Shown here: piece by piece, positions 6,481-10,919 of the stretch | Numbering within the stretch: the first letter of the stretch is position 1 | Layout of the letters: every line of letters begins with the position of its first letter | Origin: Phycisphaerae bacterium | GTDB lineage: Bacteria; Planctomycetota; Phycisphaerae; SM23-33; FEN-1343 | Length of the DNA: 10,919 bases | Direction of reading: 5' to 3' | NCBI GenBank assembly: GCA_041687295.1 | Contig: JAWLCG010000153.1 | Span: forward strand, 1-10,919 | Position numbers and translations under genes: made by a program | Notes under the pieces: generated by a model | The model's input: the letters and a program-made list of their open reading frames with translations, nothing else | Databases searched by the model: none | Told to the model about the DNA's origin: nothing

Positions 6481-7102
6481 GGCCCTGTCGCCCTGGAACG
6501 TCCTGTTCACCGCCCTTCTGGCGGCGCTGGCGGGCTACTGGGTGCTGGTGATTCTGGGCGCCCTGAACGTCGAGGCCATCGACGTCGACGCCGGCGACGC
6601 CGATGCGGACCTGGGCGCCGACGGCGAGGCGGCCGGCGGCCCGTTGCGGGCGCTGCTGGCCTGGCTGTTCATCGGCGAGGTGCCGGTGATGGTGCTGGCG
6701 AGCATCTGGGTGCTGAGCCTCTGGACGCTGGGCGTGCTGGGCCAGCACTACTTCAACCCCACCCGGGCGATCGTGCCGGGCCTGGGCGTGCTGGCCGGCA
6801 GCCTGTTCGTCAGCCTGCTGGTGGTGCGTGTGGCGGCCCGGCCCCTGCGGCGGGCGTACGCCCTGCTGAACAAGGACTACAACAACCCCGGCCAGGTGGT
6901 CGGGCGAATCTGCGTGGTGACGACCTCGACCGTCTCCGAGCGCCTGGGCCAGGCCCAGGTGACGACGGCGGGGGCGCCGATCCTGCTGAACGTGGTGGCC
7001 GAGGCCGGCCAGGTCCTCCGCAAGGGGGACGAGGCGGTCGTCGTGACCTGGGATGAAGGCAAGGGCGCCTACATCATCGCGCCCGTGGATTTGGAGGCAT
7101 AA
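6464..7102 (+). CDS. NfeD/YqiJ-like membrane protein (TM N-terminal half plus C-terminal OB-fold), the usual partner of SPFH/flotillin proteins
   Basis: 212 aa. Hydrophobic segments VLFTALLAALAGYWVLVILGAL, VMVLASIWVLSLWTLGVL and GLGVLAGSLFVSLLVV. The C-terminal GQVVGRICVVTTSTVSERLGQAQVTTAGAPILLNVVAEAGQVLRKGDEAVVVTWDEGKGAYIIAPV matches the NfeD short-form OB-fold pattern (G-x-G-x-v ... G-x-V-x-V ... y-x-V). SD aaggag 7 nt upstream. The stop lies 3 nt before the flotillin start. Confidence 0.75.
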   Translation: MELLREALSPWNVLFTALLAALAGYWVLVILGALNVEAIDVDAGDADADLGADGEAAGGPLRALLAWLFIGEVPVMVLASIWVLSLWTLGVLGQHYFNPTRAIVPGLGVLAGSLFVSLLVVRVAARPLRRAYALLNKDYNNPGQVVGRICVVTTSTVSERLGQAQVTTAGAPILLNVVAEAGQVLRKGDEAVVVTWDEGKGAYIIAPVDLEA

Positions 7103-7105
7103 GCC

Positions 7106-9121
7106 ATGCTTGCTGCATTTGCCGAACAGACCTTCGCCGTCGTGGTGGCCCTGGCCGTCCTGTTCGGGATCGGCATCCTCGCGATGGTCGTCAAGTGGTA
7201 CCACAAGGTCTCGCAGGGCCAGGCCCTCATCCGCAACGGCGCCGGCGGCACGCGGGTGAGCTTCTCGGGCATGTTCGTCGTGCCGATCCTGCACAAGGCC
7301 GAGTACATGGACATCTCGGTCAAGCGCGTCGAGATCGACCGCGGCGGCGCCCAGGGGCTCATCTGCAAAGACAACCTGCGGGCCGACATCAAGGTCGCCT
7401 TCTTCGTCCGCGTCAACAACACCGTCGAGGACGTGATGAAGGTCGCCCAGGCCCTGGGCTGCGTGCGGGCCAGCAGCGAGTCGGCCCTGTACGAGCTGTT
7501 CGACGCCAAGTTCAGCGAAGCCCTCAAGACCATCGGCAAGCGGTTCGACTTCGCCGAACTCTACACCAGCCGGGTGGCGTTCAAGGAGGAGATCCTCGAG
7601 GTCATCGGCACCGACCTCAACGGCTACGTGCTCGAAGACGCCGCCATCGACTACCTCGAGCAGACCGACAGGAAGCTGCTCAACCCCGACAACATCCTCG
7701 ACGCCGAGGGCATCAAGAAGATCACCGTCCTGACGGCCGAGCAGTTCGAGTTCGCCAACAGCCGGGAACGCGAACGCGACAAGACCATCACTCGCCAGAA
7801 CGTCGAGGCCAAGGAGACGATCCTCGAGCTCAACCGCCAGCTCGCCGAGGCCGAGGCCAAGCAGCATCGCGAGATCGCCACCATCCAGGCCCGCGAGGAG
7901 GCCGAGGCCAAGCGCGTCCAGGCCGTCGAGCGCGAGAAGGCCGAGAAGGCCCGCATCGCCGCTGACGAGGAGATCGCCGTCGCCGAGGAGAACCGCCTGC
8001 GGCAGATCGTGGTCGCCGCCAAGAACAAGGAGCGCACCGAGGCCGTCGAGAACGAACGCGTCAGCCGAGACCGCGACCTCGAGGCCACCGAGCGCGAGCG
8101 GCAGGTCCGCCTGGCCGAGGTGACCCGCGACAAGGCCGTCGAGACCGAACGCAAGGACCTGCAGACGGTCATCCGCGAGCGGGTGATGGTCGAGAAGAGC
8201 GTCGTGCAGGAGGAGGAGCGGATCAAGGACACCCGCGACTTCGCCGGCGCCGACCGCCAGAAGCGCGTCGCCATCACGCAGGCCGAGCAGGACGCCGAGC
8301 GGGCACTGGTCAAGGACATCAAGGCCGCCGAGGCCTCCAAGCGGGCCGCCGAGCTCTACGCCGACCAGCAGCTCATCGAGGCCGAGGCCAACGAGAAGGC
8401 CGCCCAGCGCAACGCCGCCGCCAAGGTCACCCTCGCCGAGGCCAACGTCCAGGAGCAGGCCGTTCCCGGCCTGGCCGAGACGACCGTCTTGAAGGCCAAG
8501 GCCGACGCCACCGAGAAGCAGGGCGCCGCCGAGGCCAAGGTCGCCGAGATGCGCTTCCACGCCGACGCCGAGGGCATCCGCGAGAAGGCCGACGCCATGA
8601 AGCTCTTCGACGGCGTGGGCCGAGAGCACGAAGAGTTCAAGCTCCGCCTCGACAAGGACAAGCAGATCGAGCTGACCGCCCTGGACATCCAGCAGCAGAT
8701 CGCCCGCGAGCAGGCCACGCTCATCGCCGCCGCCCTCAAGAGCGCCCGCATCGACATCGTCGGCGGGGAGAACGGCTTCTTCGAGCGGCTGGTGCAGTCG
8801 ATCACCGCCGGCAAGGCCGTCGACCGCATGATCACCAGCTCCGAGGTGCTCAGCGACCTGCGGCACACCTTCCTCGACGGCGACGGCGAGCAGACGGCCC
8901 AGCGGATCCGCGAGTTCGTCGCCCAGTTCGGCGTCAGCAGCGAGGACGTGCGGAACCTGACGGTCTCGGCCCTGATGATGAAGCTCATCGGCCTGGCCGA
9001 CGAGACCGGCAAGGGCCCGCTGCAGCAGATGCTCGGCCAGCTGGAGAAGATGGGCCTGGGCAACCGGATGGCCCACGAGCTGATCGGCCCCGGGGCCGGG
9101 CGCATGACCTCGCGGTCGTAG
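7106..9121 (+). CDS. flotillin-like SPFH/band-7 domain protein (YqiK/FloT-like) with an extended EA-rich coiled coil
   Basis: 671 aa. N-terminal TM helix FAVVVALAVLFGIGILAMVVKW, then an SPFH domain (ALIRNGAGGTRVSFSGMFVVPILHKAEYMDISVKRVEI...ICKDNLRADIKVAFFVRV) and a long flotillin-type Glu/Ala repeat region (AEAEAKQHREIATIQAREEAEAKRVQAVEREKAEKARIAADEE...). SD ggagg upstream. Confidence 0.9.
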   Translation: MLAAFAEQTFAVVVALAVLFGIGILAMVVKWYHKVSQGQALIRNGAGGTRVSFSGMFVVPILHKAEYMDISVKRVEIDRGGAQGLICKDNLRADIKVAFFVRVNNTVEDVMKVAQALGCVRASSESALYELFDAKFSEALKTIGKRFDFAELYTSRVAFKEEILEVIGTDLNGYVLEDAAIDYLEQTDRKLLNPDNILDAEGIKKITVLTAEQFEFANSRERERDKTITRQNVEAKETILELNRQLAEAEAKQHREIATIQAREEAEAKRVQAVEREKAEKARIAADEEIAVAEENRLRQIVVAAKNKERTEAVENERVSRDRDLEATERERQVRLAEVTRDKAVETERKDLQTVIRERVMVEKSVVQEEERIKDTRDFAGADRQKRVAITQAEQDAERALVKDIKAAEASKRAAELYADQQLIEAEANEKAAQRNAAAKVTLAEANVQEQAVPGLAETTVLKAKADATEKQGAAEAKVAEMRFHADAEGIREKADAMKLFDGVGREHEEFKLRLDKDKQIELTALDIQQQIAREQATLIAAALKSARIDIVGGENGFFERLVQSITAGKAVDRMITSSEVLSDLRHTFLDGDGEQTAQRIREFVAQFGVSSEDVRNLTVSALMMKLIGLADETGKGPLQQMLGQLEKMGLGNRMAHELIGPGAGRMTSRS

Positions 9122-9153
9122 ACACCGATGTACCAGTGCGGAGGGCAGTGTTG

Positions 9154-10919
9154 ATGGCGGACACGCCGGTCCAGGCCGAGTCGGCCCCTGCCGACGCCCC
9201 GCTCGAGGGCGGGACCTACGAGATCCTGCGCAACCGCCTGGCCAGCCACGGCCAGGAGCTGCGCGAACGGCTCGAGCAGCTCAACGTCGCCCGCAAGGAC
9301 GTCTTCGGCTCGCTCGACAGCCAGCTCGTCTCGACCGAGCGGATCAGCACCGAGAACAACTGCGTGCCGCGCGACATCGCGCCGGTCGGCGAGACGATCC
9401 TGTTCGGCTACAACGTCTTCATCGGCCTGCGGGCGACGACCACGCCGGCCGACGTCTTCTCGGCCTACCGCTGGCAGGACGCCGCGCTGAGCCCCTGCCC
9501 GCTCGAGCTGATCCACGACGAGCGCTTCGAGGCCGACTTCGCCAACCTCTACCGCTACTACCGCCACACCACCTTCGCCCGCTTCGCGCGGCGGGGGCCA
9601 CACCTGTTCATGGTCTTCCGCGTCGGACAGGGCGCCGACGACATCAAGACCTTCAAGTGGCTAATCCGCGACGGCACGCTGAGCTACCTGGACAACCGCA
9701 GCGACCACGAGCTGGTCTACCCGCCCCAGCACGGCTTCGAGTGGCAGCGGGCGACGCACGACATGCACCGCCCGGGCCCCTGCCCGCACATCTCAATCGA
9801 GGACCGCGTCTTCGTCGAGACCCTCGGCGGCGACCTGACGATCAAGGTCGAGGACAACACCGCCAGCGGCCAGGGCATCTTCTCCGAGCCCGTCGAGAAC
9901 CCCGACCAGACCCTCGACGACGCCGAGGTCCTCTACGCCCTCGTCGGCGACCTGGTGCTGCTGCGCATCCGGCCCTACCAGGAGAAGGCGTTCCGCCACA
10001 TCGTCTACAACGCCAAGATCCGCCAGGCCGTCCGCATCGACTCGATCCAGGAGGCGTGCGTCCTGCTGCCCGAGGGCCACGGGCTGATCTTCCCCCGCGG
10101 CTACTACCTCCAGTCGGGCCAGCACAAGCAGTTCGACCAGGCCATCGAGGGCATGACCTACGAGGCCTGCGTCAGCTCGCCCAACGGCGAGGACTCGCTC
10201 TACTGCTTCCACAACCGCCTGACGGGCGAGTACGTGCTGCTGGCGTACAACCTGATCGCCCAGCGCGTGGCCGTGCCGATCCTGTGCCACGGCTTTTCGC
10301 TCTTCGAGGACGGCACGCTGCTGTACTTCCGCGCGTCGGACGAGCCGCAGAAGCACCACGCCATCCAGGTGTGGCGCACGCCCTTCACCGGGCCCGACTT
10401 CCTGCGGCCCGCCCGGCAGGACAGCTACCTCTACAAGATCGGCAACCGCGACATCGTCCGCTGCATGGCCGAGTGCACCGAGCTGCTCAACCTGCTGGGC
10501 CGCGACGAGTCGTACGCCAACCTCTACCTCGACCTCACCCGCAAGGCCCAGGCCCTGCGCGACGCGTGGTTCTGGCTGGGCCGCGAGGAGACCTTCAACC
10601 TCGCCGAGCCGCTCGACCAGATCCGCCAGGCCGCCGCCAGCGCGGTCGAGGAGTACGAGAAGGTCACCCGCGCCCGCCAGGCCTCGGCCGAGCAGATTGG
10701 CCGCGTCGCCGGGCAGGTGCAGGAGCTGGTCGGCTCGATCGACTACTACCACCTCGACGACATCGGCGCGTTCGTGAAGCTGCTGGCGGGCATCCGCGCG
10801 GGCCGGGGGGCCGTCGTGGGCCTGCGCGATCTGCGCTACGCCGACCCCGCCCGCATCGACCCGCTGGAGGCCCAGCTCGCCGAGCATGGCCAGAAGCTCT
10901 CGCAGCTGTGCGTGGAGTT
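9154..10919 (+). CDS. large conserved-looking hypothetical protein, 3'-truncated by the window (at least 588 aa), co-operonic with flotillin
   Basis: Not in the ORF track because no stop is reached. Translated by eye from the ATG at 9154 (SD ggaggg 7 nt upstream, 32 nt after the flotillin stop): MADTPVQAESAPADAPLEGGTYEILRNRLASHGQELRERLEQLNVARKDVFGSLDSQLVSTERIS...HGQKLSQLCVE. The frame stays open for 1766 nt with GC3-rich codon usage identical to its neighbours. No Walker A, TM segment or other known motif is recognisable in the visible part. Confidence 0.65.
   Translation, partial: MADTPVQAESAPADAPLEGGTYEILRNRLASHGQELRERLEQLNVARKDVFGSLDSQLVSTERISTENNCVPRDIAPVGETILFGYNVFIGLRATTTPADVFSAYRWQDAALSPCPLELIHDERFEADFANLYRYYRHTTFARFARRGPHLFMVFRVGQGADDIKTFKWLIRDGTLSYLDNRSDHELVYPPQHGFEWQRATHDMHRPGPCPHISIEDRVFVETLGGDLTIKVEDNTASGQGIFSEPVENPDQTLDDAEVLYALVGDLVLLRIRPYQEKAFRHIVYNAKIRQAVRIDSIQEACVLLPEGHGLIFPRGYYLQSGQHKQFDQAIEGMTYEACVSSPNGEDSLYCFHNRLTGEYVLLAYNLIAQRVAVPILCHGFSLFEDGTLLYFRASDEPQKHHAIQVWRTPFTGPDFLRPARQDSYLYKIGNRDIVRCMAECTELLNLLGRDESYANLYLDLTRKAQALRDAWFWLGREETFNLAEPLDQIRQAAASAVEEYEKVTRARQASAEQIGRVAGQVQELVGSIDYYHLDDIGAFVKLLAGIRAGRGAVVGLRDLRYADPARIDPLEAQLAEHGQKLSQLCVE

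Noticed and set aside
4785-6551. 588-aa plus-strand ORF overlapping both pspA genes in another frame
   Set aside because: It is extremely Arg/Pro/Gly-rich low-complexity sequence. The two PspA frames have clear homology to a characterised family plus SD sites. It is an alternative-frame artefact.
6428-9076. 882-aa minus-strand ORF
   Set aside because: It is antisense to the NfeD and flotillin genes, with a repetitive G/L/D/A/V translation and no recognisable domain. It is a high-GC artefact.
8356-10887. Minus-strand ORFs 8356-9603 (415 aa) and 9793-10887 (364 aa)
   Set aside because: They are antisense to the flotillin gene and the downstream large plus-strand ORF. The translations are Ala/Ser/Arg or Gly/Ala/Val low-complexity without motifs.

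Overview
This is a high-GC (~70%) bacterial window with strong GC3 codon bias and seven or eight real genes. A minus-strand MFS transporter occupies 103-1434. A plus-strand run then holds a small hypothetical gene, a BNR/Asp-box sialidase (GH33-like) and a uroporphyrinogen-decarboxylase-like (URO-D family) gene, the last two apparently co-transcribed from a recognisable sigma70-type promoter. A cluster of short palindromic REP-like repeats at 4522-4712 separates that unit from the most interesting part of the window. From 4966 to the window end lies a tightly packed plus-strand operon: two tandem PspA/IM30 (ESCRT-III-superfamily) paralogs, an NfeD/YqiJ-like membrane protein, a 671-aa flotillin (SPFH/band-7) protein with a long EA-rich coiled coil, and a large (more than 588 aa, 3'-truncated) protein of unrecognised family. 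The classical psp partners (pspB, pspC, pspF, a sigma54 promoter) are absent, so the PspA pair appears wired to a flotillin/NfeD scaffold and an unknown large protein rather than to the canonical Psp response. The very long antisense ORFs in the six-frame track (876, 882, 588 aa and others) are high-GC artefacts. No tRNA, rRNA or CRISPR array is visible.
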